A stretch of DNA of 64,000 bases from Polyangiaceae bacterium (GCA_965222375.1 CBDCTZ010000015.1:160001-224000), one strand, 5' to 3'. Numbered from the stretch's first letter, positions 31,396-41,647 are shown. Made by a program: numbers and translations. Notes: generated from the letters alone by a model not told the origin.

Positions 31396-32472
31396 GTGAT
31401 TCAGCGAACCACCAAGCGTCTGATGGGCAGCGCCGCGGCAGCCCTGGATCGAGCAGCAACCGTCGCAGCCGGGCGAGCCACGGCAAAGCGTCGTAAGAAG
31501 AGCCGCGCTGAGGGTTTGGACCACCGTCAGCGAATGGAGGCTCTGGGTGCCTTAGCGGAGCTCTACACCGAGGAGCGAACCGTCGACTTCTACCGTGCAC
31601 CCCGTGCCATTGATCCAGAGCTCGCGAAGGTTCGCTGGACGAGCGGCGGACATCAAGTCGTGGATGCCACCTGGTCCAGCCGAGACGACACCTTCGTCCG
31701 CGATGTTCACGACCGCTACCATCGTCATCGCTACAACCAAGTCGCGGCAGCTCGGCTCTTTCTGGGGCCAGAGCCTCGACCGATGGCCATCCTGATCCAT
31801 GGCTACCTTGCCGGCGCATACAAGATGGAGCAGCGGGTCTGGCCGCTCGCCTTCCTGAACAAGATCGGACTCGATGTCGCCCTATTCGTACTTCCGTTCC
31901 ACGGACTCCGGGCAGAACCTGGCCGAGCCGGCAGCCCACCTTTCCCCTCGAGCGATCCACGCATCACCAACGAAGGCTTTCGCCAAGCCATGGCGGACCT
32001 GCGCGATCTCACCCATTGGGCTCGCAGGCGGGGGCATTACAAGGTCGGGCTCATGGGCATGAGCCTGGGCGGTTACACGACCGCCCTCGCCGCCACGTTG
32101 GATTCAGAGCTCGAGTTCGCTATTCCGATCATTCCGCTCGCATCGGTTGCCGACTTCGCCCGGGACCAAGGTCGCTTGGGCAACAGCGCTGCCCAGACAG
32201 CGCTCGAACACAAGGCGCTCAAGACCGTGCACCGCATCGTGAGCCCGCTTCAGCGCGAGCCCGCCATCGACGGCAAGCGCGTTCTCGTGATCGGGGCGAA
32301 AGCCGACCGCATCACTCCCGTGGAACATGCCCGACGGCTCGCTCACCACTTCAGCGCTCCCCTCGACACCTGGCACGGCGGCCACTTGCTACAAGCTGGT
32401 CGCAGCGACGCTTTTCGCCGCGTTGGCCGCTTCCTGCGACAGCTCGAGGTCACGCCGCCGCGGGATCACTAG
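31396..32472 (+). CDS. alpha/beta hydrolase
   Basis: GMSLGG nucleophile elbow, ADRITP, GGH. Confidence 0.88.
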   Translation: MIQRTTKRLMGSAAAALDRAATVAAGRATAKRRKKSRAEGLDHRQRMEALGALAELYTEERTVDFYRAPRAIDPELAKVRWTSGGHQVVDATWSSRDDTFVRDVHDRYHRHRYNQVAAARLFLGPEPRPMAILIHGYLAGAYKMEQRVWPLAFLNKIGLDVALFVLPFHGLRAEPGRAGSPPFPSSDPRITNEGFRQAMADLRDLTHWARRRGHYKVGLMGMSLGGYTTALAATLDSELEFAIPIIPLASVADFARDQGRLGNSAAQTALEHKALKTVHRIVSPLQREPAIDGKRVLVIGAKADRITPVEHARRLAHHFSAPLDTWHGGHLLQAGRSDAFRRVGRFLRQLEVTPPRDH

Positions 32473-32516
32473 CTCCGACGAGGGCGATAGGTGCCAGAGC
32501 CAACGGTGAGGACGAC

Positions 32517-33437
32517 GTGGACGAGGCGAACAAAGCCGGCACCAAACCAAAAGGCGAGCTCCTCGTGCTCGCGCTGCTCTGGGGCGCCCTTGCTGTCTTC
32601 TTCGCATTCAGCGATCTGCAAATCTCTCGCGCCGTCGTCGACCGCGAATCGACCCTCGGCGTGCTGGCTGCCCGTTATGGCGAAATCCCTGGCCTCGCGA
32701 TCATTTCGTTTGCGCTCTTCGTGCTTCACACCAACCGCAAACGTCGCTCCCTCGTCGCGGAAGTTCCCATTTGGAGCGCCACGATCGCTGTGTCGTCGGC
32801 GGTGCTGTATTACGCAAGCGCGTTGTTCTACAGCCACTTGGTTGGCAGCTTCGACTGGTTCACAGCGTATGGCCGCTGGGTATGGCTAGCCTTGGCGGTG
32901 GTGCTCTTTGCCCTTCACTTGACGACGCAGAGCTATCGCTTCGCCGAGCGCACGGAGCGCTTCGCCCGAATCACCGCGGCCATCGCTATCCTCAACGTGG
33001 TGCTCTTCGTCCACGTCTTCAAACCGCTCTGGGGACGTGTGCGGTTCAGGGACTTGGACACGAACTTCACGGACTTCACACCGTGGTACTTGCCCCAAGG
33101 CCTGACCGGGAACCACTCCTTCCCATCTGGTCACACCGCTTTGGGCTGGATGCTTCTGCCCATTCTCGTCTTGGCCAGGGATCTGAAACGCCCCGTGCGT
33201 GTATGCGTCGCGGCTGCTCTCATCGCATGGGGGCTCTTCGTCGCCACGGGGCGGGTCGTCGCCGGAGCCCACTACGCGTCCGACGTGCTGTTCTCGACCG
33301 GCGTCGCCTTTGCGGCCTTCGTGTTCTGGACGCGCCGATACCGATCGAAAGCCGCGCAGCCAGCCGAAGTTTCCGGCCAGGCTCGGGCCCACCCCCGTGA
33401 GAACCCCGAGCGTCGGAGCGGTGCGCCAGATACCTAG
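32517..33437 (+). CDS. PAP2-family phosphatase
   Basis: KPLWGRVRF, SFPSGH, RVVAGAHYASDV. Confidence 0.92.
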   Translation: MDEANKAGTKPKGELLVLALLWGALAVFFAFSDLQISRAVVDRESTLGVLAARYGEIPGLAIISFALFVLHTNRKRRSLVAEVPIWSATIAVSSAVLYYASALFYSHLVGSFDWFTAYGRWVWLALAVVLFALHLTTQSYRFAERTERFARITAAIAILNVVLFVHVFKPLWGRVRFRDLDTNFTDFTPWYLPQGLTGNHSFPSGHTALGWMLLPILVLARDLKRPVRVCVAAALIAWGLFVATGRVVAGAHYASDVLFSTGVAFAAFVFWTRRYRSKAAQPAEVSGQARAHPRENPERRSGAPDT

Positions 33438-33439
33438 GA

Positions 33440-33505
33440 TTTGTTTGTTTGGGGTCGAGCACTGTGCCGCTGGGGGGCCACTATTCTCACGCTGGGCCAT
33501 GCATG
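33440..33505 (+). repeat. dispersed bipartite intergenic motif, copy C
   Basis: TTTGTTTGTTTGGGGTCG-N24-TATTCTC-N7-GCCATGCATG. Confidence 0.7.
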
Positions 33506-33618
33506 CACCTGTCAGCGGAGCGCACCGGACCTAGCTCTCCCTACTTGCCAAGGCGCCTTCGCGACTGGCGAGCCTAAGTGCGCTTGCCAGTGCGTTCGTG
33601 CCGAGCGCACTCTTGGCC

Positions 33619-34185
33619 ATGCCCAGTGGTGCCCGTAACGGTAGTTTGCGCGACATCAGTGTGCCGTGTTCGGAGTGCGTCGGCGCAGTTCGCTACGGAG
33701 AGAAGCAGTGTGCGTCTTGTGGGGGTCAGCTGTCGCGGGAGTTGCGTGACGCCCTCGAAGCGCGGCTCGAGGCTTCCCACACGGAGTTCCGCGAAATGCT
33801 CGAGCACACGCGCAGTGCCGCGACAGTGCTGCTTGTCCTTGGGCTGCTGCACCTGCTGGTCGGCGTGTTCCTCTTCAGCGTCAACTACCGCGCGGACCTG
33901 ACTGGCAGCCGTGACGTGGCTCACGGCGTCGCGCACCTGGTCGTGAACTGCGGCATTGGCCTGGTCATGCTCGGCGCGTGGAAACTGGCTCGGTCCGCGC
34001 CCGCCGTGGCCATCGGCTTGGGCCTGGTGGCCTGGGTGGCCGGCCACGCCATCGGCGCGTTGATGTCGCTGCTCGCTGTCACCAACGGTTTGCTCATCAA
34101 GGCGCTCGTCCTGATGCTGCTGGTTCGCGGTGTTTTCGCCAGTGCTCGAGCCCGCGAGATCAAGAAGCACCTATTCGGCAGGTAG
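33619..34185 (+). CDS. zinc-ribbon membrane protein
   Basis: CSEC...CASC followed by about four TM helices. Confidence 0.7.
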   Translation: MPSGARNGSLRDISVPCSECVGAVRYGEKQCASCGGQLSRELRDALEARLEASHTEFREMLEHTRSAATVLLVLGLLHLLVGVFLFSVNYRADLTGSRDVAHGVAHLVVNCGIGLVMLGAWKLARSAPAVAIGLGLVAWVAGHAIGALMSLLAVTNGLLIKALVLMLLVRGVFASARAREIKKHLFGR

Positions 34186-34259
34186 CGTTGCCACTCCCCC
34201 CGCCTGCGACGAGGCAATCAGCCGGGGATGGGCAAACGGCGCTTTCTGAGGCCCAGCCC

Positions 34260-34316
34260 TTGACGTCCCAGGTCTTTGGATCCATTCTTAGACCAGTCGG
34301 TCGAACCGAACGGTCT
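34260..34316 (+). promoter_or_regulatory. sigma70-like promoter and TetR-type operator
   Basis: TTGACG-N17-CATTCT (34260-34288) followed by inverted repeat AGACC-ag-TCGGT-cga-ACCGA-ac-GGTCT (34290-34316). Confidence 0.7.
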
Positions 34317-34334
34317 CGTAGACAAAAGCCGGAA

Positions 34335-34991
34335 ATGCCACGCCCACGCTTCGAAAAGCTCGACCCAGAGCGCCGCGCCTCGATCCTCGCCGTAGCGACC
34401 GAGGAATTCGCGGAGCACGGCTTTGAAGCCGCTTCCTACAACCAGATCATTGCGCGCACGGGGCTGAGCAAGGGCGCGATCTACTACTACTTCGACGACA
34501 AAGAGGACCTGTACACGACAGTTCTGCGGGACGCCGTCGAGCGCCTGATCATGGGCAGTGGCGACATGGCCTCGGCCAAAGACGCCGAGAGTTTCTGGGC
34601 GGAGTTCGAAGCTTGGTACGTACGCTCGCTTGGGCTGTTTCAACGAGAACCGGCCAGCGTGGGGCTTGCTCGCAGCGTGGCGAAGGCGATGGCGCGAGGT
34701 GCCGCCACAGGCGCTATCGCAGAGCTTCGTCAGCTCGCGCGGGGTTGGATGGACCAGTTCATCGCTCAGGGTCAGTCCTTGAACGCGATTCGAAGCGATC
34801 TGCCTGAGGATTTGTTGGTCAATGTACTCATGGGTCTGGAAGAGAGCATTGACCTCTGGCTCGGTGAGCGCATCGGCGACATGAGCGACGAGGAAATCGC
34901 TTCCACGGCCACGATGCTGACTCAGCTATATCGACAGGTCGCTTGCCCCTCGTCCACACCCAAGCCGAAGAAGAAGAAAGCCCGGAGGTAA
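34335..34991 (+). CDS. TetR/AcrR transcriptional regulator
   Basis: EFAEHGFEAASYNQI...GLSKGAIYYYFDDKEDL helix-turn-helix. Confidence 0.93.
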   Translation: MPRPRFEKLDPERRASILAVATEEFAEHGFEAASYNQIIARTGLSKGAIYYYFDDKEDLYTTVLRDAVERLIMGSGDMASAKDAESFWAEFEAWYVRSLGLFQREPASVGLARSVAKAMARGAATGAIAELRQLARGWMDQFIAQGQSLNAIRSDLPEDLLVNVLMGLEESIDLWLGERIGDMSDEEIASTATMLTQLYRQVACPSSTPKPKKKKARR

Positions 34992-34993
34992 TT

Positions 34994-36346
34994 GTGCAAG
35001 AGAGCATCCTGAGTCGCTCGAAGTCCCGTCCCACCAAGCGGCCGCCTCGCGTGCGCGAACTGCCCATCGTCGGCAGTGCCAAGGGCGTATTGCAGGAACC
35101 GCTGGAGTTCCTGGAACGGATATCCAAGGAGCACGGCGACGCCGTCGAGTTTCACCTCCTGGGGCAGCGCATCTACCTGTTCAACCACCCTGACGCTATT
35201 GACGAAGTGCTGGTGAGCAAGCGAGAGCATCTGATCAAAGACAAGCTCACCCGGGAGCTGTCCCTCTTGCTTGGCAATGGCCTCCTAGTCAGTGAGGGCA
35301 GCTTCTGGCGCAAGCAGCGCCGCCTGATGCAGCCGGCTTTTCATCGAGATCGGGTCGCAGCCTACGGCGATGTGATGGTCGAATACGCCGAACGCGCCGT
35401 GGCCAGCTGGCGGGATGGAGAAGTTCGGGACGTCCAAAAAGACATGATGCGGCTGACTCTGGACGTCGTAGCGAAAACGCTTTTCGGCGTTGAGATCGCG
35501 TCGGTGGCACGAAAGATCGAATCGTCCTTGGCGATCTTGATGGACCGCTTTGCGGGTGCCATGGCAATCGTGCCCATCTACTTGCCGACTCCTGGAAACT
35601 TCCGCGCCAAGAAGGCCATCGAGGAGTTGGACGAGATCATCTACGGGATCATCCGCGAGCGCCGCCAAAGCAGGGACGGAGAGGATCTCATCTCGATGCT
35701 CATCGCCGCGACTTCCGAAGAAGACGCCGCCATGGACGATGTGCAACTGCGCGACGAAGCCATGACGCTGATGCTCGCGGGCCACGAGACCACTGCACTG
35801 GCACTCGGGTTCACGCTGCATCTGCTGGCGGAGCATCCCGCCGCGGCGGACAAACTCGTCGCCGAAGTCGAAGAGGTCCTCGGCGACCGCGCCGCGACCG
35901 CCGCGGACATGCCGAAGCTGCGTTACGCCGAAGGCGTAGTTCGCGAGGCGATGCGTCTCTACCCCCCGGCCTGGGCCATCGGTCGCGAGGCGGTGACCCC
36001 TTGCAATATCGGCGGCTACGACATCGAGCGCGGCACGCAGCTCTGGGCTGCGCAGTGGGTCGTGCACCGAGACCCCCGCTGGTTTCCCGAGCCACAGCTG
36101 TTCCGCCCCGAGCGCTGGGACGGCGACTTCGCCAAGTCCCTTCCGCGGCACGCCTACTTCCCCTTCGGTGGCGGCCCGCGGATCTGCATCGGCAACGCCT
36201 TTGCGATGATGGAAGCGGTCCTCATCTTGGTCACGATCGCCCGGCGTTTCCGCGTGGCCCGAACGGATGACCTGCCCCTCGAGCTCTCCCCCTCGGTAAC
36301 GCTTCGGCCTAGGAACGGGGTTCCACTCATCTGCAGCGCGCGCTAG
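34994..36346 (+). CDS. cytochrome P450
   Basis: AGHETT, EAMRLYPP, FRPERW, FGGGPRICIG; GGAGG RBS before GTG. Confidence 0.96.
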   Translation: MQESILSRSKSRPTKRPPRVRELPIVGSAKGVLQEPLEFLERISKEHGDAVEFHLLGQRIYLFNHPDAIDEVLVSKREHLIKDKLTRELSLLLGNGLLVSEGSFWRKQRRLMQPAFHRDRVAAYGDVMVEYAERAVASWRDGEVRDVQKDMMRLTLDVVAKTLFGVEIASVARKIESSLAILMDRFAGAMAIVPIYLPTPGNFRAKKAIEELDEIIYGIIRERRQSRDGEDLISMLIAATSEEDAAMDDVQLRDEAMTLMLAGHETTALALGFTLHLLAEHPAAADKLVAEVEEVLGDRAATAADMPKLRYAEGVVREAMRLYPPAWAIGREAVTPCNIGGYDIERGTQLWAAQWVVHRDPRWFPEPQLFRPERWDGDFAKSLPRHAYFPFGGGPRICIGNAFAMMEAVLILVTIARRFRVARTDDLPLELSPSVTLRPRNGVPLICSAR

Positions 36347-36428
36347 CGGTTGGCTGCGGGAGCTCTGCACTAGGCGGGCCAAGCGCGGCACGTTCCGCCC
36401 GCGAAGCCGTGGTGCTAGGCTCCGAGCA

Positions 36429-37322
36429 ATGGCCGCCCCGCCGCCCCGCAAGCAGCCCCCCCCCGCCAAGTCGACTGCCGCCAAGACCGCAGGGTCGAGC
36501 TTGGGTGCGCGCAAACCGCCACCGCGATCGCCCTTAGGCGGCGCGGGAACCTCCGGGGCCAAACCCATGGATGCGCATGCAGTGAGAATGATCGCTCGCG
36601 ACGTCGTCAGCGCGTCTGTTGGATCACTGCAAGGCGAAGTCGCCGAAGTCTACGCTCAGCTCGCCAAGGTCGAAAAGCGTCTCGAGGAGCTCGACGGACG
36701 CGCCCTCGAGGCGCAACGCGGGCCCACGGAAGACAGCGCCGTGACAGCGCGACTCGACAAGATCGAGGCACAGCTCTACGGGCTTCAACAGCTGGCCGCC
36801 AAGGCAGCCGCACAGCCGGCCCTCGCGCCGCAGCCAGCTCCAGCCGCGCCGCAGCCAAGCCCCGCGCCCACAGTAGTCGCATCAGCACCAGCGAGCCCGG
36901 CTACATCCGCGCCCGCGCCCACGCCGACACCAGCTCCGGCAGTAGTCACATCCGCGCCCACGCCGACACCAGCTCCGGCAGTAGTCACATCCGCGCCCAC
37001 GCCGACACCAGCTCCGGCAGTAGTCACATCCGCGCCCACGCCGACGCCAGCTCCAGCCGCCGCCGCTCCGGTCGCCGCCACCCCGTCGCCCGCGCCCCTT
37101 GCCGCTGCCGCTGCAGCCCCAGCTCCCCTTGCGCCCGCACCGAGCTTCACGCCGCCGCCACGCGACATCGAGGTCGACCTCACTGATCTCTCTGACTTGC
37201 CGTTCACCAGTGGCGCACAGCGCAAGCGCCGAGTCTTCGTCGGCGTATTGATCGTATTGCTCGGCCTGGTCGCCTACTTCATCGTGTTCGCGGTCATGAG
37301 CCAGTCCAATCATCAGGTCTGA
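36429..37322 (+). CDS. coiled-coil, Pro/Ala-rich tail-anchored membrane protein
   Basis: Coiled coil, repeats, C-terminal TM segment. Confidence 0.7.
   Translation: MAAPPPRKQPPPAKSTAAKTAGSSLGARKPPPRSPLGGAGTSGAKPMDAHAVRMIARDVVSASVGSLQGEVAEVYAQLAKVEKRLEELDGRALEAQRGPTEDSAVTARLDKIEAQLYGLQQLAAKAAAQPALAPQPAPAAPQPSPAPTVVASAPASPATSAPAPTPTPAPAVVTSAPTPTPAPAVVTSAPTPTPAPAVVTSAPTPTPAPAAAAPVAATPSPAPLAAAAAAPAPLAPAPSFTPPPRDIEVDLTDLSDLPFTSGAQRKRRVFVGVLIVLLGLVAYFIVFAVMSQSNHQV
36913..37054 (+). repeat. 39-bp coding tandem repeat, about 3.6 copies (APTPTPAPAVVTS)
   Basis: ccgcgcccacgccgacaccagctccggcagtagtcacat at 36913, 36952, 36991 and partial at 37030. Confidence 0.95.
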
Positions 37323-37436
37323 CGACTAGCGCCGGGCTGAAAGCCACAGGCGTGCGACGTCCGCAACACGGGACGTCTTGGCGGCGCCGCAAGGCCATTC
37401 CTGCATCCTATCTCACTCGAAGCGACTGCCTGGCGT

Positions 37437-38078
37437 TCAGTCGTTTTCGTCGGAAGGCGGACAACGCAGCAGGTCCGCCGACTTCCACCCCTCGGGCGTC
37501 AGAACGCAGTCGTCGAGCCGAAAGGTATAGCGACGGTGACTACTCTGAACCACGACTTCAATGTCGTCGATGGTCTCGACAGGAGCGCCGCAGTCTTTGG
37601 GGCCCTCTTTTTCGACGGGCTTGGGTTTCACCTCCACGATGTGCGCAGCCGAGAAGTCGAAGGCGATTCGACATTTGTGAATCCGCTTTTGCCATCGCTT
37701 TCGCAGCTCTCCGCCGAACTGCGCCAGGATCTTCTCCCACTTGGGCGCCCCGGATCCTGCGTTCGGGCAGAGTGCCTTCACATCCTCGGTGCTGACCAGC
37801 AGCTGGTTCGCGGAGTCGATGTCGCCGCTGCGCAGCACCTCGAGCATCGCCGCCGCGAGCGCTTCAGGTGTCGACAGATCGCCGCGCGCATTCGTTTCTG
37901 ACACCATGACCGGCGGCGCCGTATCATCCTGCGAAACATCCTCGGGCGGCGCGTCGACACTCACCGCCGGCGCGGGCCGGGGCGCTGGGGCTGATGGGGG
38001 CGCGCTACCACAAGCGCCTAGAGCCAGTGGACACACCGCGAACGCGACGTAGCTACGCGAGGGGTTTGGACGACTCAT
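37437..38078 (-). CDS. hypothetical lipoprotein
   Basis: Lipobox LGAC; STPEALAAAML domain. Confidence 0.65.
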   Translation of the reverse strand: MSRPNPSRSYVAFAVCPLALGACGSAPPSAPAPRPAPAVSVDAPPEDVSQDDTAPPVMVSETNARGDLSTPEALAAAMLEVLRSGDIDSANQLLVSTEDVKALCPNAGSGAPKWEKILAQFGGELRKRWQKRIHKCRIAFDFSAAHIVEVKPKPVEKEGPKDCGAPVETIDDIEVVVQSSHRRYTFRLDDCVLTPEGWKSADLLRCPPSDEND

Positions 38079-38345
38079 GACCGGCAGTGTAACCGGTCGC
38101 GAAACCCCGCGCGGGCACTCTCGCCGCCACTGGCTAGGCCCAGCGACAAGACGGGTCCGCACGCGCCCACCAGGGAGCGACAAAGTCGCCCCCCAATAAC
38201 CCAATGCACTTCGGACGGTGCGGCTCGTTCCAAAGTCTAGCACGCGGCGCCGCGCCCGCGGCAAGCGGAACCGCAAACCGCGGGGAGCCGCCTCCACTCT
38301 CGGGGTGGCTTGCGTGATACACTTCACGGGAGCTGGAGGACGGAT

Positions 38346-39899
38346 ATGCGAACTTTGCTTCGAGCGGGGTTGTTGAGTTTTGTTGCGCTTTCACTGAGCG
38401 CATGCGGATCCGACGACGACAGTAGCGGCGGCCCATCGTCGGGAGGCAGCAGCGGAAGCGGGGGCGCTGGCGGAAGCGGGGGTGCAGCAACCGGCGGCAA
38501 CGGCGGCACAGCAACGGGAGGCGGCGCGGGCACGGCAAGTGGTGGCAGCGCGGGAAGCGGAGGCGGCAGTGGTGGATCGAGCGGCAGCGCCGGCACCGGT
38601 GGCGCGGGCGGCACGCCGGGTGCTTGTGGCGACATCACGACCTTCGAGACGGGCAAGGCGCCGACCAAGGAGATCCACGTCAGCACATCGGGCAACAACA
38701 ACAACGACGGCTCGGCGGCCAACCCCGTGAAAACCGTGCAGAAGGCGGCTCAGCTGGCGACGCCGGGCACCGCGATCCGAATCCACGCGGGGACCTATCC
38801 GGGTGGTGAGTTCATTTCGGGGCTCTCGGGAACCGCGGCGGCACCCATCTGGATTGGAGGCGCGCCGGGAGAAGCGCGTCCGGTGTTCGATGGCAGCTCC
38901 CAAGCGATGCACCTGACGAAAGTTCGGTACGTGATCGTGCACGACATCGAGGTCCAGAACTCGACTGCCAATGGCATCAACTGCGACGACGGTACCGAAT
39001 ACGCAAACCCCGACGCGACACGGTTCGTCGTGTTTCGAAACCTCGGCATCCAGAACATCGGTGGCAGCGGCAACCAGGACTGCTTGAAGCTATCTGGGCT
39101 GGACGACTTCTGGGTCTTGGACTCGAATTTCGCGCGCTGCGGTGGCGGCACCTCCGGCAGCGGCATCGACCACGTGGGCTGCCACAAGGGGCTCATCGCG
39201 CGCTCGAAGTTCACTCAGATGAGCGGGAATGGGGTGCAATGCAAAGGCGGCAGTGAGGACATCGAGATCCGCTGGAACCAGTTCAACGGGGGCGGCCAGC
39301 GCGCCGTCAACATGGGCGGCTCCACCGGTGATCAGTTCTTCCGTCCTCCCCTTTCCACTTCAGGCACGAACTTCGAAGCCAAGAACATTCGCGTGATCGC
39401 CAACGTGTTCAACGGGGGCGTCACCGCCTTGGCTTACGTCGGTTGCGTCGACTGCCTGGCGGCGAACAACACCATCTTCGAGCCCGAGAAGTGGTTGTTC
39501 CGGATCCTGCAAGAAAAGACCACCGGGGGCGGCCACACCTTCGCGGAGGTGCAGAACGGCCGCTTCGCAAACAACCTGGTGTATTTCAAGCGCAGCGCGA
39601 TTTCGACCTACGTCAACATCGGCCCCAACACTCAGGCCAGCACGTTCAAATTCGACACCAACCTCTGGTACGCCCACGACAATCCGGGGCAGTCGAATCC
39701 AACCAACTTGCCAGCCACGGAAACCGGCGGCATCGCGGGGCAAGATCCGCAGCTGGCGAATGTGGGCGCTGCCGACTATTCGATTCCCACTACGAGCCCC
39801 GCTGCGGGTAAAGGCACCGCTGTCAGCGTAGTCAAAGGCGACATCACGGGCGCTTGCTATGCGACACCGCCGAGCATTGGCGCGTACGAGGCCAAGTGA
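38346..39899 (+). CDS. right-handed beta-helix (pectin-lyase-like) lipoprotein
   Basis: GGAGGA RBS, LSAC lipobox, GSAANP..TVQKA...PGT.I.IHAGTY, C-terminal SIGAYE. Confidence 0.85.
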   Translation: MRTLLRAGLLSFVALSLSACGSDDDSSGGPSSGGSSGSGGAGGSGGAATGGNGGTATGGGAGTASGGSAGSGGGSGGSSGSAGTGGAGGTPGACGDITTFETGKAPTKEIHVSTSGNNNNDGSAANPVKTVQKAAQLATPGTAIRIHAGTYPGGEFISGLSGTAAAPIWIGGAPGEARPVFDGSSQAMHLTKVRYVIVHDIEVQNSTANGINCDDGTEYANPDATRFVVFRNLGIQNIGGSGNQDCLKLSGLDDFWVLDSNFARCGGGTSGSGIDHVGCHKGLIARSKFTQMSGNGVQCKGGSEDIEIRWNQFNGGGQRAVNMGGSTGDQFFRPPLSTSGTNFEAKNIRVIANVFNGGVTALAYVGCVDCLAANNTIFEPEKWLFRILQEKTTGGGHTFAEVQNGRFANNLVYFKRSAISTYVNIGPNTQASTFKFDTNLWYAHDNPGQSNPTNLPATETGGIAGQDPQLANVGAADYSIPTTSPAAGKGTAVSVVKGDITGACYATPPSIGAYEAK

Positions 39900-39946
39900 G
39901 GGCCTCCAAGTGTGGTCCGGCCGGGAGCCGTGTTAGACCGGCACTC

Positions 39947-40351
39947 ATGAAAGCGTTGCTTTGGGTGAGTGCGGCATCGATGCTCTTGGGTGCGGGCGCC
40001 GCGTGCAGTTCGGACGACGACGGCGGCTCCGGGGGCAGCACGGGAACCGGCGGGGCCGCGAGCGGGGGGACGGCTGGCACAGGTGGCGGAGGAGGAACGG
40101 CTACCGGCGGCGGCGCAGGTACCGCAAGCGGAGGCAGTGCGGGTGGTGGCGCGTGCAAAACAGCGGGGCAGCCGTGTGCTCCACCGGATTACTGCAATGC
40201 GTGGACCTGTCAATGCAACAACAGCAGTACGGACTTCAACACCGTGGGGGGCTGCAAAAACGGCAGCTGCCAGACCGGTGCTCAAGCTTGTGAAACCATT
40301 TGCGCCAATGTGGGCGGGGTCAAGACCGCCATCGATGGCGGCTGTTTCTGA
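39947..40351 (+). CDS. small Cys-rich lipoprotein
   Basis: Lipobox GAAC-SSDDD, Gly linker, Cys-rich domain. Confidence 0.7.
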   Translation: MKALLWVSAASMLLGAGAACSSDDDGGSGGSTGTGGAASGGTAGTGGGGGTATGGGAGTASGGSAGGGACKTAGQPCAPPDYCNAWTCQCNNSSTDFNTVGGCKNGSCQTGAQACETICANVGGVKTAIDGGCF

Positions 40352-40517
40352 TCTCGAGGCGCCACAGCTCCAGAAACGCAGCCGCGAAACCCGCGAAACG
40401 AAGACATGCTCGCCCTGGCCCGAGGCGCCACGCCGGTGGTTGCCAAGCTGTGGCCCCGGCGGCGACTGCTGCTGACGCGCGAGCAAGGGGCCGTCGATCG
40501 CCACGTTTTTCGCTGGG

Positions 40518-41453
40518 CTAGCGGCACATCAGAACACTCTGGTTGCCGCCACCCGGGCTGCAACTGCCCACGCGCACGACGCCGGTGAGCTCGATCTCAA
40601 ACCCGCCGGCTGCCGGTGAGGAGTATTTTGACGGACCCGTCACACAGAATGCGGCGGCCCCCAGCGGGCTTTCGGGATAGGTAAAGAAGATGGCGTGTTC
40701 GACGACACCACTGGTCGCAGGTGGCGTGGCTGTGTCGGTAAAAGCACGTACTGTGAACTGATTTGCTCTCAGCTGAACGTAGGAATGCGGTACGGTGCTG
40801 CTCCCCGTGAAAGCGGACAGCCCCGCACCGTCGAGGGTCTTGCCTTCCAAAGTGCCGACCACCTTCTGCGGGCAGGTATTGCACAGCGTAACGGTCTCGC
40901 CGCCGCCCGCAGCCGGGCACTTGGGTAACAATTCAGCGGATGCTGTCTCGATGAAACGTGAGTTGGTATCCGACGCGTCAAACACGCTGCCACCTACGCA
41001 GAGCGCTCTCCCAAAGAGCGCGCTCTCCTTCGGCGGGAACACGATCCCGAAGTCCAGTGGATAGGTGCCTGCGGTCAAGTTGAGAGGGTCCCCTGGCGTA
41101 GTTGCCCGGAACTCCTCGTAACCGCGTGTCTTGTACTCCCAAGCAACGTGGAATGGGTTGGTGTTTGGTGCACCGATGGCTTGGATCTCCCAAGACTCGG
41201 TGAGAAGAGCACCCTCAACAGTCCCGTGTAGCGTCGCCCAGTTCACCGTGGCGCAGGTCGGCTTTCCAGCGTCTGAGCCACCGCTGCCACCTGCGCCACC
41301 GGAACCGCCCGCGCCACCACTCCCACCAGCGCCGCCCCCGCCCGCAGCGTCCACTCCGGCATCGTTGCCGCCGCTTCCTCCAGCCCCATTATCATCCGAG
41401 CCGCAAGCCGCCAGCATCCACGCCAAACCAACCACAACTCCAGCCCGTTTCAT
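40518..41453 (-). CDS. hypothetical lipoprotein
   Basis: Lipobox LAAC-GSDD; two similar internal halves (PKESALFGRALCV and YPESPLGAAAFCV). Confidence 0.7.
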   Translation of the reverse strand: MKRAGVVVGLAWMLAACGSDDNGAGGSGGNDAGVDAAGGGGAGGSGGAGGSGGAGGSGGSDAGKPTCATVNWATLHGTVEGALLTESWEIQAIGAPNTNPFHVAWEYKTRGYEEFRATTPGDPLNLTAGTYPLDFGIVFPPKESALFGRALCVGGSVFDASDTNSRFIETASAELLPKCPAAGGGETVTLCNTCPQKVVGTLEGKTLDGAGLSAFTGSSTVPHSYVQLRANQFTVRAFTDTATPPATSGVVEHAIFFTYPESPLGAAAFCVTGPSKYSSPAAGGFEIELTGVVRVGSCSPGGGNQSVLMCR

Positions 41454-41647
41454 TCCAAGATCCTAGGTGCAGCTTGGTAGCGTGGCAATCCGCAGTCGCA
41501 TCCCCTGCCCCGAACCACTACGACCTTCCGCGAGATTGGCGCTCCCGCGCCTCGCTATCTCCGCGGCCCGAACCAAGAAACAGACGGTCCGCGCTGTGGA
41601 TCCGCGAGCGTGTTGCCGCCCTCTCGGCATGGTGGAAGTATGTGCCA

